Source: Protoeuglena noctilucae (taxonomy: Eukaryota). Taken from it: a DNA stretch of 64,000 bases. Positions 1 to 13,900 of this stretch are shown piece after piece (position 1 is the first letter of the stretch; each line of letters begins with the position of its first letter). Under the pieces are notes generated by a model. It did not search any database. It saw only the letters and a program-made list of their open reading frames with translations, and had not been told where the DNA came from. Location of the stretch: NCBI GenBank assembly GCA_958009085.1, contig OY253679.1:310001-374000 (forward strand), written 5' to 3'. Made by a program: the position numbers and the translations under genes.

Positions 1-175
1 GGATTCCACCAGCGATTAAGATTCGAATCCTTGTCGCCGCTTCACTATCTCAGTGAATGAGCCGCACCTCCGCACCCTTCCCTGCCGCATGCATCCGTGT
101 CGAGCATTCCCTAGCATCCCTCGTCACGCCCACCGCACCATCCCACCCTCTCCTCCTACCCCACCTGCTCCCCAG

Positions 176-3100
176 GAATCCCCCACTCGCATCGACGGTC
201 TCCCCGACGACGTGGTCCAGGTCGCAGCGGCCAAGTTTCACAGCGCCGCCCTCACACACGACGGCCGTGTGTTCACCTGGGGTGTCGGGCGCAGTGGGCG
301 CCTGGGTCACCCAGAGGCAGACGTACACAGCGGCTATCGCGCAGTGATCCTCCCGCGGGAGGTCGCGGCGCTCCGGCGCGTGCGGGTGGCCCAGGTGGCG
401 GTGGGCAAGAACCACTCTGTGTGCTGCACGCACGACGGTGAGCTCTACGCATGGGGATCCAACGCCGAGGGGCAGCTGGGCCTCCCGGGCGAGGTGCAGG
501 CCGCCGAGCCGCGCCGCGTGCCGCTCGCCGCCCCGCGCGACCCCGCAGCCTCCGCCCGCGCCCGCGCACGCGTGGTCGCCGTTGCTGCCGCCTCGGCCCA
601 CACCGCCGCTGTCACCTCTTCCGGTGCGCTGCTCACCTGCGGGGCTAACGACGCCCGGCAGCTCGGGTACCTGACCCCGGACGCCCCCGGCTCCCCGTCC
701 CTGCGTGCCGTGGAGGCTCTGCGTGACAGGCGCGTGATTGGCACAGCCGCCGCACGCCTCCACACCCTGGCGCTCACCGCGGACGGCGAGGTGCTGTCCT
801 TCGGCCACGGCAGCCCCGCGCCGCACCGCGTGCCGCTCCCGCGCCTCCACCCCACCGCCGCCCGCCCACCCCGGGCCGTGCTGGTCACTGCCGGCCGCGC
901 CCACTCCTCTGCGCTGCTGGCCGGGGGCCTCGTCGCCATGTGGCGGTCTTGGGAACCCTCCGCGCCCGCCCAGCTCGTCGGGGGTCCTTTGGCGGGCCGC
1001 ACCGTCACCCACATTGCGGCAGGGAGGACACGCACGGCGGCTGTCACGTCTGACGGTCGCGTATTTGTTTGGGAGGGGCCCTGCGAGACTGCCGGCCTAG
1101 CAGCGGAGGTAGACGATGCGGTGACACCTGGGGCGAAGGCAGGGGCGGGGGCGGGAGCAGGGTTGACCACCCCACCTGCACGGGCTGGGGCGGGAGCGGG
1201 GGGTGACGCGTCAGCGCAGAACAGTGGGGCTCGTGGGGCGCGGGGCGGGCGCGGCGGCACCAGCGGTCGTGGCGCGGGGGTGGGCGTGGAGGGTGTGGCG
1301 GTGGAGGGGGTGGATGGGGGTGCCCGGGTGGTGCGGGTGGCGGTGGGGGAGAAACACTCGCTGCTCATCCAGAGCTGGGCGGCCCCCGTGGCCTCGGGCC
1401 CCGGCGCGGCGCTTTTGGAGAGGTCCTCGGCGGGGTTCGAACTCCCGCGGGATGCGAGAGAGGCGAGCGGGGCGGAGGGCGAGGGGCGGGGGCGCCGACG
1501 GGATAGCGATGGGTCGTGGGCGAGCCTGGAGGCTGGGGTGTTTGAGGGGTTTAACGCCGTGGAGAGTGAAAAGGCGGAGGGAGAGGGCGAGGGGGGGTGG
1601 TACCCGGGGCACAGCTGGGATGGGCCACTGAGTGGGGTGGGGCGTGGGGGGCACGGCGGGGGTGCGCCGGTGTGGTGGCGGCGGTGGGGTGCGAGGGGCG
1701 CGGGGTGGGGGGACGTGCCAGCAGTGGGTGAGTGATCCAAGTAGCGTGGGGTGGAGAGTTGTTGGCTATCCTAGCTGCGCGTGCACATGCGCACCCCACC
1801 ATACCACCCCACCTCTACGCAATAAAACATGGACGCGCCTCCACCCTACCCCATGCCCCCCCCCCCCCCCCCCCCCCCCAGGTCCCCCACCGCTGCGTCT
1901 CTTGGCTGAGCTCGCGTCCGCACGCGCCCTGTCTCATTCGGACCCCCGAGCGGCCCTGTCCACGCTTCACTACGCCGATGCCGCCAACGCCGCTAGGCTC
2001 AAAGCACATTGCCAGGCGGTGGTGCTCCTGAATATGGACGCGGTAGTCGAGGAGGCGGCCAGTGAGGTGCGGCGGTGCTGGCCCTGGGTTTTGGTGGAGC
2101 TGGAATCGATTGCGGCGGGGTTTGATCGCGCGACCTCTGCGAATGGCGCGGCGGGGGCTGAGGAGGAGGGAATGGGGGTGGCGGACGTGGCGGGGTGGGG
2201 GAGGGTGGAGTTGGGGGTCGCGGTGGGGCGAGGGGTGCGGGGTGTGGGGGGTGCGGGGAGTGCGGGGGGTACCGGGCGTGGGGTTGGGGTGAAAGGGCGG
2301 GGGTGGAGTGCAGAGGAGGGGTCCTCGCCGCCAGGGGGAGGGAGTCCGGGGCCGGTGGCGCGCGGGGGGTGGAGAGGGGCGGAGGGAGAGGGGCGGGGTG
2401 CGGGTGGGGAGCGGGAGTGGGCGGGGGATGTGCCTGAGGGGGCGGAGAGGCATGTGCGGGCACTGCGGCGCAAGATGGAGCAGATTGAAGACCTGGAGGT
2501 GAGGGGAGGGGTTGTTGGAGAATGTTGGGGTGAGGGTGGGGTGCGAAGTGTGGCTGGAAAGGTGAGCAGTTGGTGAGGAGTGGTTAATTGCACCCAGCCA
2601 TTAGCAACCATTACTTGTAGAATTGTGGTGTCGCAGACGACCTCTATCGACGTTCGCGCAGGCGATGGCGCGTCAGGGCCGTGAGCTGGACCGACAGCAA
2701 GTGGCCAAAGTGGCACAGAAAGGAGCGGTGGCAGACGCCCTCTCATCGATCATGGCTGGGGCCGACCCGGAAGAGGCGATGGAGGCGAGTGGATGGCGAC
2801 ATTAGCAATGCTTTTTTGTCATTGTTTTATGTTTCGCATAGAAGAGAATGGAAATCTCGATGCTTGACTCGCCAGGTCTCACCCATGCGACCCCCCCACC
2901 ACCACCGTCGCTCGTGCCCCGCAGGCCCTTTCGCGCGCCATGGACGCCGCGCGCCTTGGTCCGCAAGAGGTCGCGGGTTCGAGTCCCTCCGCCGCGCCTC
3001 TGCGCCGGGGCATGCTCAGCACGGCCCTAGGCGGGGACAAGGCCCCGACAGGCGTGGGTGCCACCAAGCGCGTCCCTGCCGATTTCAAATCCACAGAAGC

Positions 3101-5320
3101 GCCGTGGAGTAATGATCGGGGCGTATGGGCCGCGAACGGGGCATCCGGGAACGACGGGCAGCAGGCGGGGGTGGCTTGGGGGACATCCAGGGGTGCCTGG
3201 GGGGCTGGCACGAGCGGGGCTGAGGGTGTGGGTGCAGGTAGCTCACCCAGCGGCCAGGGTTTTACTTGGCGAGACCCGGCGTCTACTCTACCGAACGCTG
3301 GGGCATCTCCCTCCCCCTCTGCGCCCTCTCGCGCCCCAATGACACCCCACGCAGCGCACCCCGCGTTCGGCAGCCACGCCATCGCCACCCCGCCCGCGCA
3401 CTCCCACCCCTTCGTCGCCTCGTCCGCTCGCCTGGCGGCGGCGCACCGGTCATTGGGTGCGGACGCCGTCTATGCTCACTCCGTGAGCCCCAGATCCCGC
3501 ATGGCGCCAGTGGGGGCGTTTGGCGCGTGGCGTGACGTCAGCGGCAACAGCCCCGGAGAGCCCAGCACGCCCCTGGGGACCAGCCTGAGGGAGATTATGG
3601 AAGCGGAGGGGTCCGCGGCGGGGCTGGGGCGGCGGGGATCGAGTGCAAATACTGGGGGAGGTGGTTTGAGTAAGAGTGCCAAGGGCGGGGGGCGTGAGGG
3701 CGGACCCGGGTCAAGGGGCAAGAAGGGAGCGACGGCGGGGGTGGCGCTGGGAGAGTTTTTCGCAAAGTTAGGTGGAAACTCGCGGGGAGAGGGGGGCAAG
3801 GATGCCAGTTGGGCGGGGTGGGGGAAGGGGGCGGGTGCGGGTGCGGTCGCGGGAGCGTCACCGGCAGCGGGGGTGGAGGGGCTGCAGGCGATTATGCAGT
3901 CGGAGGTGAGTGGAGATGTGCGGGTGGGAATGGGGTGTCAGGGATGGGTGGGATGGGTGGCATGCAATCACGCAATCGCTTGCCCCGCTCCTGGCTTCCC
4001 ATACATCTCCATCACTTGCCACGCTTTACGCGATCGCTTGCCTTGTCTCTTGTATTCTCTACATCTCCATCGCTTGTCCCGTTTCTTGCACTCGCGCAGG
4101 AGAGGAAGAGGCGTGAGAGGGAGGAGGCGCGAGGAGTGGCGTGGGGTCCCAGGGGCGCCTCAGCATCGGCGATGGGGGGCGGATCGACACCCAACCGGTG
4201 GTACCTGAAAGCAGAGGCCATGCCCGTGTCCCTGGGTGAGTGGTGGGACTGCAGTAGAGGGTGCATGTTTTGCTTCTTTAGTCGGCTTAGTGAGTGGCGG
4301 ATCGAGCAGATTTAGTGCTATGACTGTTAGTACTAAGCTCCCTCCCACCTCTCGCTCGCAGCTGACATCCAGGCCGCACAAGCCAACGAGCAGCAGCAGG
4401 CGCGGAAAGAGCAACTACCACAGCCGTCATTGCCTATTACACCTCCGCACGCCCCAATCAGTGGGGAGGAGCGGAAAGGCGGTGCGGGTGCAGCAACGGG
4501 GAAGGGGAGGGGCGGGGGCAGGAGGGAACGGGGGGCCAGGGACGGGGCTAAGAGAGAGGACAGGGGTGCGGTGGATGGGGAGGGTAGGGGTGAGGTGAGG
4601 AGAGAGGAGAGGGGTGGGGAGGAGGGGGAGGGAAGGGGTCATGGAAAGGGTGGGAGGCGTCGTGAGGGCGCGGATGGCGAGGGTGGGGATGGTGGTGGGA
4701 GAAGGCGCGGGGGTGGGCGGGATCGGGGGGTGGGGTCGAACGTGGTGGGTGTCGGTCATGGGTCGGCGGGTGGGGTTGCGAGCGGGGATGTTGAGGGTGT
4801 TGTAGAGGTCCGTGTCTCGGCAGTGGCTTCGGCGGGCGATGTGGGGTTGTCTTCGTCTGTTGGCGTGGGGAAGGATGGGGATGGGGAGGTGGGCGGTGGC
4901 ACGAGGGGGGGTGCGGGGAGCGGGAGGGCGCGGGGGCGGCGGAGGGGGGGAGAAAACGGGGAGAGGCGTCGAAGAGAGTCGAACCCGGGAGCTGAGGGGG
5001 CTGAGGGCGAGGGGGGTGGGGCGAGGAGGGGGCGGGGGCGGGGGCGGGGGCGAGGGAGGGGGCGGGAGGGTGTGGATGGCAACGAGGGTGCGGGGAGGGG
5101 CGGGGATGAGGGAGCGGAGAGGAATGGTGGGGAAGGACAGTCGGGAGTGGGGAGAGGTGGGGGTCGGCGTGGGGGGCGAGGGGCCCGAGGGCGGGATGGG
5201 GCCGCGACTGCAAGAGCGCCTTATCCAGTGAAGCTTGAAAGGCCTGACAGCGCACGAGTGGTGGACGTCGGGCCGAATGGGGGGGCGGAGGCGGGGGGCG
5301 GGGGCGGGCGTGCGGAGTGA
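176..5320 (+). CDS. IBTK-like RCC1-repeat protein (ankyrin/RCC1/BTB family); 5' part lies upstream of the window; exons approx. 176-1727, 1882-2498, 2662-2784, 2925-3906, 4100-4235, 4362-5320
   Basis: RCC1 repeats (VAAAKFHSAAL..GRVFTWGVGRSGRLGH; VAVGKNHS..GELYAWGSNAEGQLG), BACK-like segment (ADAANAARLKAHCQAVVLLNMD), RALRRKMEQIEDLE..LDRQQVAK coiled coil, and SLREIMEAE / SLADIQ motifs typical of IBTK-family C-termini. Exons join in frame. Confidence 0.8.
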
Positions 5321-5821
5321 GGGTCGTATGCTCGAGGGGTGCGTTGAGAGGTGGTGAGAGAGTGGCAACAGTCATACTGGCAACGGTGATGCCAATCTGC
5401 CTCGCTCTTTTCTCGCTGTATGCACTACTTGAATGGTTTCCTCAGATGTAGTATCAGCTCTGGTTAGCACGGACCCAAATGCACGGCGTGACCTCTCTTC
5501 CTCTTTGTGCACTTTTGGGACCGTCGCTGCGAGAGGCGACACCCTGTAAGTCCGTGGCTTTGCTCACGGACTAATGCCGCTTGCGATGGGGCACATACCC
5601 TGTGCTGCAAAGCCGGTGTATCCCGTACTTCTCTTTTCTCTATCCGCACCGCTTCTTACTTTTCTACTGCCCATTCCTGCCGTTTGAATGAAACCGCATA
5701 TAAGCAGATTCGCTCACGTATTCCCATTCACAGGGTGCCAACACCCCTGCTTTGAGTGAAAACACATCCAGCTGCCCCGTCACACTGCTCCCTTCGCATT
5801 CAAATCCTCAAACCCCTTCAA

Positions 5822-8800
5822 TCACCCCTGCTTCTGCACGACCCCGTCTAGCTGCCCCTTCCTGGCCCTCACTTTCATCACGTTCTTGGTCATGACCTCG
5901 TCTAGCCGACGTGCCTCGTCCTGGGCCGCGCGGGACGAGTGCATCGCCAGGCCAGACAGGCGGAAGAGGTGCACCTTGCCGCTGGGGGGAGAGGAGGGGA
6001 AAGGGAAGGGTATTTAGAGCAAAGCGTTTCATGGCGAACACAATGGGACTTCGCCGGTGCAGGGCGAGGCGGGGTGAGGAAGAGTTTCGGGTGTGATTAT
6101 TACGTGACCACGATGCTCGCAGCACGCGCATGCACCCATCCAACCCCACCCAACCCCACTCGACCCACCTGGCCGCCCCGCACGCCAGCACGGTGCTCGC
6201 TTCCGAAAAGGCCACGCACGTCATGGCGATGCCTGGGAACGGCTGCACCTTCTGCTCTGGGCCCAGGACGCTGTACTCCAAGTCCCAGAGTTCCACGGCG
6301 CCGTCCTGGGAAAGAGAGAGAAGCGCAGGGGTCACGTCACGCGGCAGCATTGCTAGTCATGGGTCGGTCGGGCCATATCCACCGCCCTCACACGCACCAC
6401 ACAACCACATCAACCATTGTCAGCCGCCCCTCACACGCACTGCTTATTCCAAACAAAGCCACTCATCCATGCCACCCGCCGCTTCCCTGCATGCCCGCAC
6501 GCCACACCCAGGCCCTCACCTGTGACACGCTGGCGAGCACGGTGGCGTTGTAGGGGCACCACGCCACGTCGTTGACGGCGTGGCCGACCGAATCCGCGGA
6601 CGAATGCAGGGTCAAAAGCGGCTCCTGTTTGCCCTCCCTCCACAGCTTGAGCGTCCAGTCGGCCGACGCCGACACGAAGAGGCCCGGCTGGAAAGGCGAG
6701 TACTGCACCTTGTACACCGGGCCCATGTGGCCCCAGTACGACTCGAGGTATTGGTCCGAGTAACTCGTGGAGCACTTGTGGATGGTGCCCTCCTCGGTCG
6801 AGGTGACGTAGATGGACTCGTCACGGGCGTTGAAGTCGAAACACATCCCGCTCGCGTTGCGGCTGATGAACGCCTCCGGCTCCTTCCCGGTCGACTGCTG
6901 CCTGCAGAAATGACGCGAGGATGCGGAATGTCAGGGAAACACAGAGCCCATGGGGCGGGATGCACGGGAGGAGTGGCACGAGTTAGGACCGTTCCTGCGC
7001 TTGTGGTGTCGCCGGGGGACTCACTTGCTGGGGTCGACCTGCTTTTTGAGCGTCATGAGCAGCGTGCGCTCGAGCCCCTTTGCCGTGCTCCAGCGGATGA
7101 CCCGGGAGTCGGTCGATATGGAAACCAGCGACTCCCCGCGGTCCCCAAAGTCCACCCACTTGACCTTCCAGACCGGGTCTGCGGCGAGGAGGGAAGGAAA
7201 TGTCGAATGCAAACGTCGCGGGACTGCAGCGTGGCGCGCCGAGGGCGGTCGGGCTCAGCGCAGGTCGCTGCCCGCAGCTGGCTGGAAGTCATATCCAGGC
7301 GGGCCGGGCATCCGGGAAGCGCGAGAATCGAATGATAGGTCGACTAACGGTGCTGAATCCGTCGCCGCGTGAGCGCCGGCGGCGCTCTGCAGCCCGCAAG
7401 CCCGAGGCACGCACCCGTGTGCTGCCCCGTGTCGTGGTCCGCCTGCATCACGGGCGTGGCGTCCTTGTCTCGGACGTCGTATATGCTGATGCTGCCGTCG
7501 TAGAGGCCCACGGCCAGGATGCTCGGGTAGCGGCCGGACCAGTCGATCGACGTCACGCCCGAATGCGTCCGCACCCAGAACTGCGGGCAGAGGAGCCGGG
7601 GCGCAGCTATAGTGATCCATATAATGCTATTTGCGATGCTAATGGCTATGAATTCGCATATCTCATCCCCGTGCATTCACCCCGCGTCCAGCTGCACACA
7701 GCCGGAGTATTGCGATGCCTGCCAGCTGCAATAAGCAGCTAGCCCTCCCAGCGTCCTCACCAGCGGCCACTCGGGGCTCTTGAGCGACCAGAAGGCCACG
7801 AACCCCTGGGACGCGCTCTCGTCCTGGTCGTGCGGCCGTGCCGTGTACTTCCCGGCCTTGAAGGTGAACTCAAACGTGCCATAGCCCACTGCCAGCAGGT
7901 CGGGACGGGCCTTGTTCCACGAAACGCAGGAGACGTTCTGCGGAAGAAGCGGCTGACGACGTTAACAAACCGCGACTCCTCGCTCACGTCATGCAGGCGA
8001 AGACGCGCGATGCGGTGGCGGAAGCGCGACAGGGTTCGGTCACTTGATGTGCCATGCACATCCGCGTTCGGCTCAGCTGACACCTAACAGCCCCACTCGC
8101 CTTCCCCTCGAACAGCGAGCACGAGTAGTCCCACAGATGGTCCATAGACACGGGGCTGTGGCGGGTACCGGGTGCGTCGGACATGTCCGTGACCGTGCGT
8201 GCCAGGGAGCCCTGGGAAAGGTTGGAGGCGCGGCTCATGCGGCGCGACCGGCTTCCCTCGTCGATGGCGGATGACCCGGGCGCGGCGGGCGCCAGGGGCT
8301 GCACGTCGCCGTACACCGTGCCCGTGGTCAGGGCGAGGTTGCGGCCGGCCCCACGCAGCGCCGACTGCCGGACGCCGCGGAAGAGCAGCAGGCGGTCGGC
8401 GTAGGGGCCCTGCGCCACGGCCGACTCCACCAGCTGCAGAGCCTCAGCGATGCGGGGGAGGGTCGCAAGGCTTCGCTCGGGGGTCTCGATCTGCGACGGC
8501 GCAGGTAGGGTATTGAAGTCAGAGCGAGACATGAAGTGTGTCATGAGCAGTTTGCGATGAAGTATTGTGATCGATACTCGCATCATGGTGTGCGTGAGTA
8601 CGCTCTTGCATGGCGTCCCAGCTGCTGCGTCCGCTTCGCATGTGCATGTGCCAGCGCGGCCCTCGCCTCAAGCTTGAAGAGCTTGGCGAGCTGCGACCCC
8701 TTCTTCTGCAGGCCGGCGGCCTTGGACCCGAGCAGGCTCATGGTGGATCCGAACACGGACCCGAGCCCTGCCGTGCTCCCCGCCATGCTGCCCATCTGAC

Positions 8801-10204
8801 TGACGCCGTTGGGGGCCGACCCAATCATGCCCGCCGCCGCAGGCTGCTCGTCGTCGGGCAGCTCGCGCGTGTGGGACTGCGAGAAGACAGGGAGGGACGC
8901 GTTCAGGGGTCATGCGGCAACAGAATTGAGAAATGGCGCTCAGGGGCAGGACTGCGGGTGCAGCTTGGTGCAGGCGTGCTCCCCACTCTCGCCACAGTCA
9001 CGACATTGAATGGTGTCATGACAGCAAGTACTGCCACTCCCAGCACGCTCCTCCACCCCGACAACACCACCGTTCATCACACCGACTGCACCGTCAATCC
9101 CCCACCACACCCTCGCTCCCACCCACTCACCACGAGCTTGAGGTGGGGCGAGTCCTCGTTCCCGCTGCTGTCGTCCTCCCTGGCCTGTCCCCACATCTCA
9201 TCAGCAATCTCATAAGAGAAAGCCTGGGACCCGGCGTCCGCAAAGGACATGCGTTGGGGCTGGCAGTGCTGGGACCGTCGCAGCGCGTTGAGCGTCTGCG
9301 CCTCCGCGTGCACGAAGCGGTCGCTGCCGCGTTTCGCCTCAAGAAGGGCCTCGTAGGATTCGTTCCTCCGCCGCACGGCGTCCGCCTCGGGGCCCTCCGT
9401 GTGAACCACCCGCGCCGGCATGTCTAGCAGCACGTGCGTGCCCGTCTCCGTCAGCGTGACCGGCACCAAAGCGTCCAGCTCGCTCTCCGTCAGCAAGTCG
9501 TCCAGGCGCTCCGTGCCCTCCACTGCGGAAGGAAAGTGCGAGCGATGCAGGGTTGCGTTTGAGCACCCACAGCCGCGCGCAGGCACCACCGCAGGCCTCG
9601 GCGCTTGGCCCGCACCTGTGCTGGGTCGGCGACTGTGTATTTCCTCCACTTCCGGAGTGTGCGGGGCGCTCAGTTCCGCGTCGTCCAGTCCCATCATGAT
9701 GCTCTGCGGGCCTCGTGCCCCGCGCGCCGCGATGCTGCCCCGGCTCTCCCCGGACATGCTGGAGCGGCGTGAGCTCGGTGACTCCGCCCCCGATGGGGCC
9801 TCCTCCGCGGGCATCTCGGTCCCGTCCGGGACCTGGAGCAGGTCCAGAGGCGTGATGTCCGCGCCCGTCTCCTCATCGACGATCTTCCGGGACTCGCCGG
9901 CCTTCTCCTTGCGAGTACCCACGTTACTCATCCGAGATATGCGCGAGTTGCGCGAGTAGCGCGTCACCGGGCCCCCGGACACTCGCCTGAAGCAGAGCGT
10001 GTGGCAGAGCGGCGTCAGCGCGGCGCGAGAGGCTTACCAGCTAGACCAGCTAGACGGGACGGTAGTGTGGGATCGACAGGAACTCGCGCGGCAGCCCCGG
10101 GGCACGCGGCGCTTCGCTCACCCCTCGGACATCCGCCCCTCTCGGCTCGGACCACTGGCGAGCGTCCCCTTGCGGGAACTCCCGCTCTTAATTGTCGCAC
10201 TCAT
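5822..10204 (-). CDS. DNAI4: Axonemal dynein intermediate chain WDR78/DNAI4 (IC138-type), WD40 protein, multi-exon
   Basis: NVSCVSWNKARPDLLAVGYG, GFVAFWSLKSPEWP, GVTSIDWS..SILAVGLYDGSISIYDVR, DPVWKVKWVD, MCFDFN..TEEGTIHKCSTSYSDQYLESYWGHMGPVYKVQYSPF. ATG at 10204 (MSATIKSG), TGA at 5822-5824. Confidence 0.9.
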
Positions 10205-10929
10205 GTCTGCCTATCTGCCGGTCGCCACGCGTCGGCGGAGATGGCAAGGACGCGCCCGGTGTGGGCCGGGCCTGCGGGAGCGGGAGCCCACATGCATGCC
10301 CCGGGTGGACCGCAGCGGGCCATCGTCCCACGCAAGACGAAGGCCCGTTGCTTTGTGTAAACGACATTGTCGACAGGGACAGCGATGGTGAGGACAGACG
10401 GGCAACCAGCGAGCGCATTTTGATTCGCGTTTGCCTTATGAAGCCCTGCCCGCGCGCATTGAGTGCCTCACCTGCGGGGATGCGTCGCGGGTATGCGTTG
10501 CAAAGCAAGGTGCCGATCCCAGCCCCAGCGGACCTCGGCGTCGCCGCCCCAGCACTTGGCTCGCGAAACGTACAAAAGCACCAGGCTGGCGCCGCAGGAC
10601 CGAAGCGTGACGTGCCGCGGCCGCGCGAGGGTTCGGAGGGCAATGTAACGGAGACAAGGGGAGGACAAGGGCCGCCCAGACAGCTGAATCTCGCTTCAGG
10701 CGCGCCGCATGCACTGGCTGATGCCCAGCTCGTTGCCGGCAGGAGCCAATCGCGCTCCGGAAGCCAGCACGCGCATGAAACGCGGGTTCATGATGATTTC
10801 CAGGGCCGCGGTTGCAATTTCAGCAACTCCCTGACCTCTTTCTGGCGCCAGCAAGCTGGTGGTTTTTAATCTCAGCGTCCTCGCGATCGCCTCTGTTAAC
10901 AATTGTTTGCAATTCCACTAGCATTCTTC

Positions 10930-13900
10930 TCAAGACATGATCATGACGTTCCCCCGCGCCGTCTCGAACTGCTCCGCGCGCGCCATGCTGCCGGACCCCG
11001 CGTGGGCCCCGTGCTGCACCATCTTGGCCTCCAGCAGCCGACGGAGACCGCGGATCACGTCCTCCTGAAAGCACAAACACCCGTGGGAAGGCTGAGACGG
11101 ATGCAGCGATTGATCGCACAGCTCAGGCCAGTGGCTGGCACCTTGTATGCGCAGCGGTGCTCAGCTCTACCATCATGGTACCATCATCAGCACGTCAACT
11201 CCCCATATCACTGTCTCCCCTCCCTCTCCTCACCTGCCCCGCCATCGACTCCCCCTGCGCGTCCACGTTCCTGGCCCGCACCTCCAGCTGCGCCTTCTCG
11301 TCCCGGGCACGCTCCAGGCGCTCCGTGAACATGTCCCTCAGCGCCTGCGTTATGGATGGAAGACACTACGTTATCAAGGTAACAAGTAACACTGACAGTA
11401 CCACACGAACATTTGGTGAACATGTCCTTGCATGCCTGGTCGTGAGAGCACTGACACTAACCCTAAGAGAGCTACCCCACCCCACCCCACCCCATCCCTC
11501 ACCTGCACCTCCACCACCCCATCCCCACCCCAGCCCACCCCACCCCACACTCCCACCCCACTCGCCTGCAGCTCCACGGACGACGTCGACGTCCGCGCGT
11601 CCACCAGCCGCACCATCGCGTCCACCCCGGGCTCCAGCGCCCCCGCCGCGTGGTACTGCTGCTCGAACTTGGCCGCCTCCGCCAGCATCCCTGCCACCTC
11701 GGACTCTAGCCCCACGAAGCCGCCCGAGGCCTCGGCCAGGGCGCGGCGGACGTCGCTCTGGGACTGGTCCAGGCGGGCCTGCGGGGGTGGATGTGGAGCG
11801 GGGATGAGAATTGGTGTATGTGGAGTGGGTGGGAGAGGTGTACAGCCATCTTCCCTGCACCCCACACACCTCCCTCCCTCACCTGCAGGTCCAGCAGCGC
11901 CTGCTTGGCCTCCTTCCGCGCCTGGATCCTCGGCACCAGCTCCGCCTCCCTTTCCTTCACCCGCGACGTGATGGCCGCGACCGTCTTCGATATCTCTTCC
12001 AGCATCGCGCCCTTGCCCTCGTCCACCGCCGCCTTCTGCTCGGAAATCTTCTCGAGCCCCGCCTGCGTGTCGGTGTAGCCCTCGACGCCGTGCTCGGCCT
12101 CGGTCCGGCGCACCTCGGCGCGCATCTCTTCCGTCAACGCGCGCAGGGACTCCACCGTGCGCTGGAGGGGGTGGGGTGGGGTGGGAGAGGGCGTGAGTGG
12201 TGGTGGTGGTGTTGGTGGTGGGTGCGTCTATGAATTCATGACGCTAAGAGTGAGCACTGCGAGTTGGGTTGATGCCAGGGTATGCACCCAAGCAAGCGAG
12301 CACATGTCACACAATGACACGGATCACATTTACACATTATCACTCACCTTGAGCACCATGTCTTCAGCCTCGACGTTCTCCACCAGGCGCTTGGCACCCC
12401 GGTACTGCCCCAGCAGCTCCCGCACTTGCACCGCCTTCTGCTCCAGGGCGGCGGGGGACACCTCGGCGCGGGACGGGCTCGACCGAGACTCGTCCTCCGC
12501 GCCGAAGCGACTCTCCACCTCACGCCTGCGGGCGACGCGCGGGACGGGGAGGTCGATAAGGTAGGCCTGAGTTGGGAAGGGCATGGGCTGGGGAAAGGGC
12601 TTGTGTTATGCACCCTAGCCCATCTCATCAGTCCCGCTGCTGCCCCATGCTCCCTGGAAACATCACAGCTGAGTGCCCTCCGTCAACACTCCTCTCATCT
12701 CCCACAACCACACACCGCCTCTCACCTCAGCGCCCTCCGCCGGTTTTCGATCCTCTCCAGCTTCTGCCTCTTCTCCTCGAGCTTCTTGGCCCCCACCCGG
12801 GCCATCTGCGCGTGCGCCCGCAGCGCCGCGAAGGCCGGCTGGGCGTCGATCTCCCCCTGCCGCTTCGAGATGCGCTGCTTCAGGTCCGCCACCGCCGCGT
12901 CCAGGTCGCGCCGCGTCGACACCAGCTGCTCCAGGTCGCCCTCGTCCTTTACGGGGAGTGACAGCGCCTGCGGGCGTGTCGTGTCGTGGGGGTGCAAAAG
13001 CTGTTTGCTATCATTGCGATGAGTTAAGCTAATGCAGTGATGCTACTGACACCCGCGAGTCGGGTGGGAGCCGGGTCGCCTGCTCACAAGCACATGTCGT
13101 ATCTCTGCTCTCCCATCCTCAGCCCCGATAGCTCCTCGCCTGCCCCACCACCCCCACCCTCTCGCAAACGCCCCTCATCCACCCCTCACCTGCCTGAGCG
13201 CGTCCAGCCTCTTCGCCCGCTCGTTCATCGTCTCCAATGCGCGGCCCTGCACTTGCGACCTCAGCTCCTCCACACGCGCGCGCTGCGAGTCCAAAAGGCC
13301 CTGCGCCGACCCCGCCTCCGTCGCCGCCTGCGACAGAGAGCAGAAATGGAACACCAGTTTGAGTGTCTTGTTACTGTGTAAGCCCGTCAAACCTACATGG
13401 CGCCACTTGTCCCTGAACCCCCAGTCAGTGGCAGTCCCACTGCTGGCACTTCACTTCTTTTTCTTGCATAAACTAACTCTAAGCATAGTAACTAACCTCA
13501 TCCACAATCCAACGCGCCCCGCCTCGGCTCACCTTGAGGGCCAGCAGCTGCGCCCGGGCCCCCTCCACCCTGGACCTCAGAGCCTCGGTCTTCTCTCTCT
13601 CGGCCGACACCTGGCCCCGCAGCTTGACCGCCGCTTCCCGGGCCTCCCGCACCGACTGCGCCGCTCGGAGCATCGCCCCGACGTCCTCCCGGGGCACCTG
13701 GCCCTCCACACGCATGCGCACCTGCAGGCGCCATGGCGTGCGCGTGTGACGGGAGGGGTGCAGCTGTCGCGAGGACGCTGGCGCCAAGGCAGGCGCGTCA
13801 GAGCGACAACGCAAGGTCATGAATTTGACGCAGCGAATGCGCAAGCCAAGACATGCTGGCCATCAGCCAGCGACGAGCAAGAGCACTTGCAGCTGTCGAG

